A stretch of 62,441 nucleotides of DNA from Gemmatimonadales bacterium (lineage in GTDB: Bacteria; Gemmatimonadota; Gemmatimonadetes; Gemmatimonadales; GWC2-71-9), in NCBI GenBank assembly GCA_036267775.1, contig DATAVM010000195.1, forward strand, positions 1 through 62,441. Reading direction: 5' to 3'. A program made the position numbers and the translations under genes. Under the pieces are notes generated by a model. That model was not told where the DNA came from, made no database searches, and saw only the letters and a program-made list of their open reading frames with translations. This document shows, piece after piece, positions 20,303 through 29,672 of this stretch (within the stretch, counting starts at the first letter, position 1; each line of letters starts with the position of its first letter).

Positions 20303-21239
20303 AAGCCCAAAGGTTAGCGGCATTCCCGCCAAGCTCGCCATTGTCCTTGCCCTGACCGCCGTTTTTACCCTGGTGGAAATCGGCGGGGGAATCCTCAGTA
20401 ATTCCCTCACCCTGATGGCCGATGCCAGCCACATGGGCACCGACGTGGCCGCCCTGGCGCTGGCGCTGATCGGCTCGCGCATTGCCCAGCGCCGCGATGG
20501 CGCCGCCAACCGCTTCAGCAATCTCCGCTGGGAAGTGCTCGCGGCCATGGTGAACGGCCTGGCGCTGTTCATCATCGGCGCCTGGATCACCGTCGAGGCC
20601 GTGGGGCGCTTTGATCATCCGCGCGTCATCGACGCGACGCTCTTTGGTACCGTCGCGTCGGTCGGCCTGATCGTCAACCTGATCTCGCTGCGCGTGCTGC
20701 ACGGACACCACGAGCACAATCTCAATGCCCGCGGCGCCTACCTTCACATTCTTGGCGATGTCCTCGGCTCAGTCGGTGCGATCGTGGCGGCCATCGCCGT
20801 GCACTACACGGGCTGGACGCGGATTGATCCGATCGTCTCGGTGCTCGTCTCCGTCCTGATTCTGCGGAGCGCGTGGCGCCTGGTGCGGGAGAGCGCGTTC
20901 ATCCTGCTCGACCGCGTTCCCGAGCGCATTTCCCCGGCCGAAGTGGAGCAACGCCTGCTTGCCGTGTCCGGGGTGACTCGCGTGCACGACATGCACGTCT
21001 GGACGGTCACCAGCGGGCTGGTGGCGCTCAGCGTCCATGTGGTGGTGCCCGATCTGGCGGCACATCACGACGTGCGTGTCCGGCTCGAACACGAAATGGC
21101 GCGTCTCGGTATCGGACACGTCACCATCCAGCTCGAAACCGACGACGACTGCGAAGCGGCCGGCTGTGGCGAGGACGAGGTGGCCTTTGCCGGAATCCAC
21201 GCGGGTCACGATCACAGCCATCACGGGCATTCCCACTAG
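20259..21239 (+). CDS. cation diffusion facilitator (CzcD/ZitB-like) transporter
   Basis: AKLAIVLALTAVFTLVEIGGG...ADASHMGTDV...HILGDVLGSVG, His-rich C-terminus. The nearest canonical start upstream of TM1 is ATG 20259 (AAGGA 6 nt upstream). The start is uncertain. Confidence 0.8.
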   Translation: MTPKAADGASAEGGISPKVSGIPAKLAIVLALTAVFTLVEIGGGILSNSLTLMADASHMGTDVAALALALIGSRIAQRRDGAANRFSNLRWEVLAAMVNGLALFIIGAWITVEAVGRFDHPRVIDATLFGTVASVGLIVNLISLRVLHGHHEHNLNARGAYLHILGDVLGSVGAIVAAIAVHYTGWTRIDPIVSVLVSVLILRSAWRLVRESAFILLDRVPERISPAEVEQRLLAVSGVTRVHDMHVWTVTSGLVALSVHVVVPDLAAHHDVRVRLEHEMARLGIGHVTIQLETDDDCEAAGCGEDEVAFAGIHAGHDHSHHGHSH

Positions 21240-21264
21240 CCGCCTGCCATAACCCCACCGCGCC

Positions 21265-21293
21265 TTGCCAGCGCCGCACGTGCCGCATATATA
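21265..21293 (+). promoter_or_regulatory. candidate sigma-70-type promoter of typA (TTGCCA-N17-TATATA)
   Basis: Read directly: ttgcca 21265..21270, a 17-nt spacer, tatata 21288..21293. This is the only AT-rich patch in the 99-bp gap. The typA TTG start is about 45 nt downstream. Confidence 0.5.
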
Positions 21294-21338
21294 TGCCGCG
21301 CGTGAAGGCCGAATGGACGCCGGAAGGGGCTGCTGGAC

Positions 21339-23192
<1,854 letters not shown>

Positions 23193-23251
23193 CACGCAGG
23201 ACTGTTGCATTGGATGTTGTTCACCCCCAAGCGGGAACCGTGGAGGTCATC

Positions 23252-23479
23252 ATGTCGGCGTGGGAGGCGTCTCTCGAAGCATCGCCGGAAATCACCGGTC
23301 GGCGGCGATTTGACGAAGACGAGGAAGAGAACTTCGAGACCGAGGACTTTGACTTCGAGGAAGAAGACGAGGACTTCGAGGACGACGAAGCGGAGGATTT
23401 TGACGAGGAAGACGACGACTTCGAGGACGAAGAGTTCCAGGGGGACTTTTCGTTCGACGAGGAAGACGACGACGGCTGA
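23252..23479 (+). CDS. small hyper-acidic Phe-periodic protein (75 aa), function unknown
   Basis: ATG 23252 four nt after GGAGG. MSAWEASLEASPEITGRRRFDEDEEENFETEDFDFEEEDEDFEDDEAEDFDEEDDDFEDEEFQGDFSFDEEDDDG. Followed by a strong hairpin terminator. Confidence 0.6.
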   Translation: MSAWEASLEASPEITGRRRFDEDEEENFETEDFDFEEEDEDFEDDEAEDFDEEDDDFEDEEFQGDFSFDEEDDDG

Positions 23480-23510
23480 GCCCTCCACCGCATCCCGGGC
23501 CTGAAATGCG

Positions 23511-23534
23511 ACGCCCCGCAACTTCGCGGGGCGT
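23511..23534. terminator. hairpin terminator between convergent acidic ORF and flgM (possibly bidirectional)
   Basis: ACGCCCCGC-aacttc-GCGGGGCGT, followed by tggtgttgg on the plus strand and cgcatttc on the minus strand. A second small hairpin GGCAGG-catt-CCTGCC sits at 23542..23557. Confidence 0.6.
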
Positions 23535-23580
23535 TGGTGTTGGCAGGCATTCCTGCCGCTTGTCCCTTCCTATTAGATGC

Positions 23581-23901
23581 CTATGAGCCGAGCGCGTCCG
23601 GCGAACTGAGCAGCTGCCCCGCAATCCGGTCCTGCACCTCCGGCGTGTCGTAGGCACCGCTCGCCACCCGCTGAGCAATCGCCTTGAGGCGCTCGGGATC
23701 GAGCGTTCCCGAAGGCACGGCATCCGTGCCGGTCAACGCCGCCGCCGCAGGCGACAGGTCGAGCTGGTCGGCGGCAGCGACCTCGGTGCGCGGCTTGGCC
23801 GGCGTGGTGTCGGCGCTGATCGCTTCACCCCGCAGGGTCTCATCGGCGCGCGACAAGCCGGGCCGCGGCATGCCGGGGGAGTTCAGCGGATCGATCGCCA
23901 T
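23581..23901 (-). CDS. flgM: anti-sigma-28 factor FlgM
   Basis: 106 aa. C-terminal ERLKAIAQRVASGAYDTPEVQDRIAGQLL is typical of FlgM. GAGGAGG 7 nt upstream of the ATG. Confidence 0.8.
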   Translation of the reverse strand: MAIDPLNSPGMPRPGLSRADETLRGEAISADTTPAKPRTEVAAADQLDLSPAAAALTGTDAVPSGTLDPERLKAIAQRVASGAYDTPEVQDRIAGQLLSSPDALGS

Positions 23902-23975
23902 GCCATGCCTCCTCGCGGTTCAACCGTCGGGCGGGAGAATAGCGGATTGGTCCGCCCTCTACCACCGTGTTCCTG

Positions 23976-24004
23976 TTATCGGTCGATGCGGCGAGCATCT
24001 GAGC
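23976..24004 (-). promoter_or_regulatory. sigma-28 (FliA)-type promoter of flgM
   Basis: Minus strand GCTCA-N17-CCGATAAC (tgagc 24000..24004, ttatcgg 23976..23982). Same architecture as three other sites in the window. Confidence 0.6.
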
Positions 24005-24007
24005 CCG

Positions 24008-24466
24008 TCACCCGCGGCGGTCGATGACGCTCGGCGGTGCGGCGCCCGGACCGTTGCCATACCCGCGCATCAAGACCCCGAGTTGCTGGCTCGCGACCCG
24101 GATCTGCGCGGCAATCCGCGTGCTGTCGCGCTCGGTGGTCCGCGCCAGGTCAAGGGCAGCCGCCCCCGCCTCCGCCTGCTCCCGCGCGACCTTGGCGCGA
24201 AGCTCCGCCAGCGGCCGCGAGCTTTCGGGCTCGGGTTGGCCCATCGTCGCGGCCGTCGCGCGAATGGCCAGGAGCCGTACCTCGCGGGCCGAGATGTCGG
24301 CGACGATGCCGGCCGCTTCACTGGCGAAGATCTCGATCAAGCCGGCGTCTTCCATCCGCAGCACCGCGCGCTGGGCCTCGATCACCTGGCGGTAGCGGGC
24401 CAGATCGGCCAGCTGTCCGGCAAGAAGATCGGCAGCTTCGGCGGCCGGCGGTCGATGCGGAGGCAT
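24008..24466 (-). CDS. hypothetical flagellar-locus protein (helical, FlgN/FliT-like position downstream of fliS)
   Basis: ORF trimmed to ATG 24466 (MPPHRPPAAEAADLLAGQLADLARYRQVIEAQRAVL) in an ATGA overlap with the fliS stop. Coiled-coil-like composition. Confidence 0.55.
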   Translation of the reverse strand: MPPHRPPAAEAADLLAGQLADLARYRQVIEAQRAVLRMEDAGLIEIFASEAAGIVADISAREVRLLAIRATAATMGQPEPESSRPLAELRAKVAREQAEAGAAALDLARTTERDSTRIAAQIRVASQQLGVLMRGYGNGPGAAPPSVIDRRG

Positions 24467-24861
24467 CAGGCGCTTCCCACCGGCGGTCCGAGCAGCTGGG
24501 CGGCAGCACCTTCCCACGCCTCATGCAACTCGCCCACGATGCGGATCACCGCGTCGAGCCGGGTGAGGTCAGGCCGGCTGTGGATCGCGGCAAACTCGCG
24601 GAGCAGCCAGGCGTACAGACTCGCCAGTTGCTGCGCGAGCTGTCCGCCCGATTCGCGATCGAGTGTGACCGTCAACTCGAAGACGATCTCCTGCGCCTTG
24701 ATGATTCGTTCGCCGCGACGCTCGACCTCGTTGAGCTCGATGTGCCGGCGCGCCTGCCGCAGCAGCACGAGCAAGTGGCTGTAGATCATCACCAGCCGCC
24801 GCTCGGGCGGCAGCGCCATGATCTCCATCTCGCGATACCGGCTGTTGGTCGGATAGGTCAT
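24466..24861 (-). CDS. fliS: flagellar export chaperone FliS
   Basis: 131 aa, LVMIYSHLLVLLRQARRHIE...IIKAQEIVFELTVTLD... four-helix FliS pattern. ATGA overlap with the fliD stop. Confidence 0.9.
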   Translation of the reverse strand: MTYPTNSRYREMEIMALPPERRLVMIYSHLLVLLRQARRHIELNEVERRGERIIKAQEIVFELTVTLDRESGGQLAQQLASLYAWLLREFAAIHSRPDLTRLDAVIRIVGELHEAWEGAAAQLLGPPVGSA

Positions 24862-26873
24862 GACGAGCTACTGGATGAGGTTGACGGCGCGGCGCCAAGG
24901 GCCGTCGATGTCGCGGTCGACGACGTGCCGAGCAGGCCGGCGGTGGCACTCTTGAGCGCGGCGATCGCCGCCTCCATCGCGGAGTACTTGGCCACCAGTG
25001 CCAGGCGCTCGTTCGCGAGCCGTTCGTCGATCTGTGCGACGCGGTCCACGAGGTCGCTGTTCTGGTCGGTCAGTGCGGTGCCGCGCTGTGCCAAGAGACC
25101 GGTGTTGGGATCGGTGTAGGTGTCCATGATGCGCTGAATGGCAGCACCCACACCCAGGCCAAGCGTGATGTTGCCCATATCGCCGGTGTCCGTGCCGGTG
25201 TACTGGAGCGACAAGCCGGAAGCGCCGGTGCCGCTGGCTCCCACAAGTGTCTGTCCCGCGCCGGTCGCGGCAAAGCCGCCGATGGTGCCCTGCACATCGG
25301 TACCATCGGTGGTGCTTCCGGCGGCCCACGCTTCGGATGCACCATCGCCAGTGCCGGTCACCGCGAGGGTGATGCCGGAGTGGCTGCCGTAGGACTGCTG
25401 CGTGAGTTGAATGTCGTTGCCGTTCGCGGTGGCTGTGATCCCCAGGCCGTTCGCGGCGATCGCCGCCTGCAATGCGGTGATGATGTCGCTGGTGGTCATC
25501 CCGGTGGTCAGCGCGATCGTTGCGTTGTTGCCCGTCACCGTGTCGGTGACGGTGAGCGAGTCCGGCGTGGTGCCGGCATCGTAGGTGCCGCTGAAGCCGC
25601 TGGTGCTCACCGACGCCTGCGTCGCCGCCGCGGTGATGTTCACGTCCCACGTGCCGCTCGACGTCGCGGTGCCGCTCGACGTGAAGTTGACGTTCGCGTT
25701 GTCCGCCGTGCGCGTTTCGCCAAAGACCGCCTGCAGGTCGTTGAAGTGATTGTTGAACGCGTCGGCAAAGGCGGTCGAATCAAAGGTCAGCGTGCCGTCT
25801 TCGGCGAGCGAGACGCCGGCACTCGCCGCGGTCGGCAACGTGCTGGATGCACCGAGGATGGGCTGCAGCAACGTCTGTGGCAGGATCGACCGCACGCTGC
25901 GGATCAGCGAATCGCCGTAGAGCGCCGGTACCGTCGTCGTGCTCGTGCTGCTGTCGGTCGGATCACTGGCGCTCTGGGTGACCGTGCCCTGCTGCTTGAG
26001 GAACCCTACCAGCGCGTTATACGCCGACACAAAGACCTGCATTCCATCGCTCGCGGTCGTCTCGTCACGCGTGACGGAGAGATCGGTCGAGGCGGTCGTA
26101 CTCGCGTTCGTCAACGTCAGTGTGACGCCGCTGATCGCATCGGATACCGTGTTGCTGGAGCGCGTGAGCGCAATGCCATCAATCGTAAAGGCGGCGTCCA
26201 CGCCAGCCACGAGCACGGCGCTGGTCGGGACGGCGCCGATGCTGTTGAGCAAACCCAGCGACTGGAGCGTCGTGCCGGTGGTGTCGGCCATGGTGATGCC
26301 GGCGGCACCGGTCGTGGTGCTCGTGAGCAGCAGACGATTGTCGGTCGGACTCACCGAGAGGATGCTCGCACTCACATTGATTGGCGTGCTGCCGGTGTTG
26401 AGCGCGTTGATCTTGTCGCGGATGCTGGTCAAGGTGTCGGTTGAACTGATCGTGATGACCTGGCCGTTGAGTGTGATGGTGCCGGACTGGCCCAGGGCGG
26501 TGGTGGCGCTTGCGACGGTGGTGCTGCTGTACTTGGCGGCGGCGGCGAGCTTGCTCACTGTCAGGGTGTAATCGCCGGTGACGGCCGCCGACGAACTCGT
26601 CGCGGTCGCCAGCGGGGCGGAGCCCGTGATGGCAGTGGTGTTCGCCGCCGTGTTGCCAAAGGCGGTGCCGTTTTCGAGGGCGGTGGCTGCGGCATCGACC
26701 GCTTGCAGGAGCGGCTCGTACTGCGCGAGCGCGGCCTGCTGATTCTGGATCGTGGTTTCCCGCGCTTCCATCGCTGCGGCCGGTGCCCTGTCCTGCGCGA
26801 TGATCGCGTCGATCAGCGATGACGTGTCGATGCCCGAGATCAGACCGGAGATGGAGGTGAGCGGTGCAGTCAT
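24858..26873 (-). CDS. fliD: flagellar filament cap protein FliD (HAP2)
   Basis: ORF trimmed to ATG 26873 (MTAPLTSISGLISGIDTSSLIDAIIAQDR, canonical FliD N-terminus). Ser/Thr/Ala-rich middle, C-terminal RYSAMEAAIAALK-like region. Confidence 0.9.
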   Translation of the reverse strand: MTAPLTSISGLISGIDTSSLIDAIIAQDRAPAAAMEARETTIQNQQAALAQYEPLLQAVDAAATALENGTAFGNTAANTTAITGSAPLATATSSSAAVTGDYTLTVSKLAAAAKYSSTTVASATTALGQSGTITLNGQVITISSTDTLTSIRDKINALNTGSTPINVSASILSVSPTDNRLLLTSTTTGAAGITMADTTGTTLQSLGLLNSIGAVPTSAVLVAGVDAAFTIDGIALTRSSNTVSDAISGVTLTLTNASTTASTDLSVTRDETTASDGMQVFVSAYNALVGFLKQQGTVTQSASDPTDSSTSTTTVPALYGDSLIRSVRSILPQTLLQPILGASSTLPTAASAGVSLAEDGTLTFDSTAFADAFNNHFNDLQAVFGETRTADNANVNFTSSGTATSSGTWDVNITAAATQASVSTSGFSGTYDAGTTPDSLTVTDTVTGNNATIALTTGMTTSDIITALQAAIAANGLGITATANGNDIQLTQQSYGSHSGITLAVTGTGDGASEAWAAGSTTDGTDVQGTIGGFAATGAGQTLVGASGTGASGLSLQYTGTDTGDMGNITLGLGVGAAIQRIMDTYTDPNTGLLAQRGTALTDQNSDLVDRVAQIDERLANERLALVAKYSAMEAAIAALKSATAGLLGTSSTATSTALGAAPSTSSSSSS

Positions 26874-26900
26874 CGACGTGAGCCCGGTTGAAGGAGGGCG

Positions 26901-26922
26901 GGGGACCGCCGGAGCGATCCCC
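26901..26922 (-). terminator. candidate attenuating hairpin between fliC and fliD
   Basis: Minus strand GGGGAUCGC-uccg-GCGGUCCCC (one G-U pair). No clear U tract, so partial termination or a processing site at best. Confidence 0.3.
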
Positions 26923-26948
26923 ACGCCATCAATTCACTGCGCTGCGAA

Positions 26949-28058
26949 CTAGTGGAGCAGCGACAGCACCTGCGATGCCGACTGGTTGGCCTGTGCGATC
27001 ATGGCCATGCCCGCCTGCTGCAGGATGTTGTACTTGGTGAACGCGGTGGTCTCCGCCGCCATATCGGCGTCACGGATGGTCGACTCCGCCGCGGTCGTGT
27101 TCTGGGTGATCGTGTCGACGTTGGTCTGCGCAAAGCCGATCCGGCTTTCCGCGGCGCCGATCGAACCGATCGCCGTGTTCACGTTGTCGGTCGCGGTGTC
27201 CAGCGCCGTCAACGTCGCCTGCGCGCTCGCGGCCGTGTTCAGGTTGAGGCCGGTGAGTCCCAGCGCCGACGTGGTCAGGTTGATCGAGTTGAGCGAGATC
27301 AGGTCGTTGCCGGCATAGTTGCCGCTGGACGAGACCATGAACTTGCCGCCCGAGCCGCTGACGACGACGTTGCCGATCGCCGCGTCCTGCACGTAGGCGT
27401 TGCCGGTGCTGATCGAGAGGCCGAACGCGGAGAAATCCAGCGTCTGCGCACCGCCCGCATTGCTGATCGTCTGCGACAGCGTGCCCGCAGAGTTGGTCAT
27501 GGTCAGCTTGTGGGTGGTGGTGTTCGCGGTGATCGTGTACGTGTCCGCCGCGGCGCCGTTGGTCTGGATCGGGCCGACGCTCGCAACGGCGAGCACCGTG
27601 CTGTGGCCAGAGGTGGATGCCGTGTCCACCGTTGCGCCGAACGTGCCATTGATCAGACCGCTGCCCTGGTACTGCGTGGTGGCAGAGATCCGGTCAATTT
27701 CCGCGCTGAGCTGCTGGAACTCCGCGTCCAGCTTGCCGCGCTGCGAACCGATCGAGTCCGAGTTGGACTCGGTCGCCAGTTCCTTCATCCGGTCCAGGAT
27801 GGTGGAAATGGTGTTGGTGGCACCGTCGGCGATCTGCAGCATCGAGTTCGCCTGCGAGGCGTTGCGCGAGGCAGCCGTCAACGACTGCGCCTGGCCGCGG
27901 AGCTTGTTCGCGATCGCAAGGCCTGCCGCGTCATCGCCCGCACGGTTGATCCGGAAACCCGACGACAAGCGCGCGATTTCCGTGTTGAGGTTCATTCCGG
28001 CCGCTGAGGTGTTCAGCAGCGCGACGTTCGCCCCAATGTTCGTCTGAATACTCGCCAT
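26949..28058 (-). CDS. fliC: flagellin
   Basis: MASIQTNIGANVALLNTSAAGMNLNTEIARLSSGFRINRAGDDAAGLAIANKLRGQ... and C-terminal ...TAFTKYNILQQAGMAMIAQANQSASQVLSLLH. Confidence 0.93.
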   Translation of the reverse strand: MASIQTNIGANVALLNTSAAGMNLNTEIARLSSGFRINRAGDDAAGLAIANKLRGQAQSLTAASRNASQANSMLQIADGATNTISTILDRMKELATESNSDSIGSQRGKLDAEFQQLSAEIDRISATTQYQGSGLINGTFGATVDTASTSGHSTVLAVASVGPIQTNGAAADTYTITANTTTHKLTMTNSAGTLSQTISNAGGAQTLDFSAFGLSISTGNAYVQDAAIGNVVVSGSGGKFMVSSSGNYAGNDLISLNSINLTTSALGLTGLNLNTAASAQATLTALDTATDNVNTAIGSIGAAESRIGFAQTNVDTITQNTTAAESTIRDADMAAETTAFTKYNILQQAGMAMIAQANQSASQVLSLLH

Positions 28059-28066
28059 GATGTGTT

Positions 28067-28104
28067 ACTCCCTAGATGGTTGCCCGGTGCATCCTTGCTC
28101 CGGG
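28067..28104 (-). promoter_or_regulatory. two candidate CsrA binding sites in the fliC 5' leader (loop GGA hairpin plus SD-overlapping GGGAG)
   Basis: mRNA sense: CCCGG-AGCAAGGAUGCA-CCGGG (28104..28083) presents CAAGGAUG in a hairpin loop. CUAGGGAGU (28075..28067) is the Shine-Dalgarno. Confidence 0.55.
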
Positions 28105-28144
28105 GACAGCACGAATGGCGACCCGATGTGGTCGCCACCGTCCG

Positions 28145-28173
28145 TTATCGGTCGGGAGGGTCCTACCATGAGC
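28145..28173 (-). promoter_or_regulatory. sigma-28 (FliA)-type promoter of fliC
   Basis: Minus strand GCTCA-N17-CCGATAAC (tgagc 28169..28173, ttatcgg 28145..28151), in the fliW-fliC gap. A 5' stem-loop GGCGACC-acaucg-GGUCGCC (28136..28117) lies just downstream. Confidence 0.65.
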
Positions 28174-28175
28174 GA

Positions 28176-28622
28176 TCAGGGGTGGAGCGTGGGGCGGGGC
28201 GGGGCGAGGAGACGTTCCAGGTCGAACGGAACTGCCGTGCCGTAGGGGCTGTCGGTCTGCACCACCTGGCGCCCCAGATTGAGCACCATGTCGATCAGCA
28301 CCGGCGCCTGCAGGTTGGCCGTGGCCGGCCCGGTTCCGTGCGGCAGCGTCACGATTGCCCAGCTCTCTGCCGTGCCGGCGTGCGGTGGTTCCGGCAGTGT
28401 CGCACGTTGCACCATGAGAAAGGTCAACGCCAGATCGTCGAGTGACTGCAGCCACGCCAGCGCGGGCACGTTCGCCTGAAAGAGTGTAAAGCGCTGGGCG
28501 TCGGGAAAGCCGGGAATGCCATCGGCAAATACAATGACGTCCTCGTCGGCGACGAACGCGCGGCCAAAGAGCCGAGTGACGACCCACGTTCCTGACGACA
28601 CATTGGGCAATACTGCGGTCAT
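28176..28622 (-). CDS. fliW: flagellar assembly factor FliW (CsrA antagonist)
   Basis: 148 aa. VIVFADGIPGFPDAQRFTLF and TANLQAPVLID match the FliW family. AGGAAGGA upstream. Confidence 0.9.
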   Translation of the reverse strand: MTAVLPNVSSGTWVVTRLFGRAFVADEDVIVFADGIPGFPDAQRFTLFQANVPALAWLQSLDDLALTFLMVQRATLPEPPHAGTAESWAIVTLPHGTGPATANLQAPVLIDMVLNLGRQVVQTDSPYGTAVPFDLERLLAPPRPTLHP

Positions 28623-28673
28623 GTCAGTCCTTCCTGCGATGGAGAGTCGAACGCCGGCACGGTGCGTCGGGCG

Positions 28674-29564
28674 TCAACTGCTGACCGTGCCGGTGGTGAG
28701 ATAGTTTGCCAGCGAGAGGTTGAGCACTTTGGTCGTGGCCAGTATTCCCGCCTGCAGCGCGTTCTGCACATTGGCCAGATTGAGCGCGGCCTCGTCCGTG
28801 GGGATGTCGGCCAGCGTGCTGCGCGTGTTGGCGAGTTCCGTGGTCTGCGTGGTGAGGGCTGAGCCGGCCGCGGTGAGCGCGTCGCTGCGCGCCCCGACTT
28901 GCGCGAGCGTGGTCTGCGTGCTGTCGAACGCCGTGCTGAGGGTCGTCAGCGCGTTGCGAACACCGGTGACGTCGTTGCTGTTGAGCGCGTCACGCAAGGT
29001 CGACAACGAGCTCAGGACTCCCGAGTCGACAAAGATCTGCTGACCGGTGTGCGTCGCGGTGATCGTTTCGCCCTGGTTGATGACGGTCTGCCGGGCATTG
29101 TTGTCGCCGATATACGTGCCGTCCGTCTCAAACGGCGGCGCGGCGGTGGCGCTTCCGCCAAAGATGTACTGATCACCAACCTGCAGATTCCCCAGGGAAA
29201 TTGCCTGCTGCAGGATGGCATCGACTTCGGCGCCGGACGCCGCGCGGCCCGATGCGGTATCGGTATCGGTCGCACCGGTCGTTGCCAGTTCCTGCGCGCG
29301 CGACAGCAGATCGGTCAGCTGATCGAGCGTCGACTCTTCCGCGTTGGATTGCGCGGTGGCCGACGTGATGTTGCGCTGATACTGGGTCACTTGACGATTG
29401 GTGGTGTCAATCTGAAGCACCTGATTTCCCGCCGACGGATCGTCCGAGAGCTCGGCGTTGCGGGTGCCGGTGGTGACCTGGGCCGAGGCGACATTCAGGG
29501 CGGCATACTGATTCTGGAGCCGGAGCAGTGATTGTGAGTAGACCATGCTGTCGGTAATTCGCAT
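28674..29564 (-). CDS. flgL: flagellar hook-filament junction protein FlgL (HAP3)
   Basis: ORF 28674..31115 trimmed to ATG 29564 (MRITDSMVYSQSLLRLQNQYAALNVASAQVTTG). The upstream part is antisense to the sigma-54 activator gene. Confidence 0.88.
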   Translation of the reverse strand: MRITDSMVYSQSLLRLQNQYAALNVASAQVTTGTRNAELSDDPSAGNQVLQIDTTNRQVTQYQRNITSATAQSNAEESTLDQLTDLLSRAQELATTGATDTDTASGRAASGAEVDAILQQAISLGNLQVGDQYIFGGSATAAPPFETDGTYIGDNNARQTVINQGETITATHTGQQIFVDSGVLSSLSTLRDALNSNDVTGVRNALTTLSTAFDSTQTTLAQVGARSDALTAAGSALTTQTTELANTRSTLADIPTDEAALNLANVQNALQAGILATTKVLNLSLANYLTTGTVSS

Positions 29565-29598
29565 CGCAAGCTTCTCCGGACAATTGGCGTTGGGCGCA

Positions 29599-29627
29599 TT
29601 ATCGGGTAATTTTGTCCGACCCTGAGC
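29599..29627 (-). promoter_or_regulatory. sigma-28 (FliA)-type promoter of flgL-fliW
   Basis: Minus strand GCTCA-N17-CCGATAAT (tgagc 29623..29627, ttatcgg 29599..29605), 34 nt upstream of the flgL ATG. Confidence 0.6.
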
Positions 29628-29672
29628 GGAGGCGCTGAATGGTTCGAGAAACGGTGAGGATTTCTCACTCCG

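Noticed and set aside
21285-21296. 12-nt palindrome GCATATATATGC upstream of typA as an operator
   Set aside because: It is more simply explained as the TATATA -10 of a TTGCCA-N17-TATATA promoter. There is no second copy in the window.
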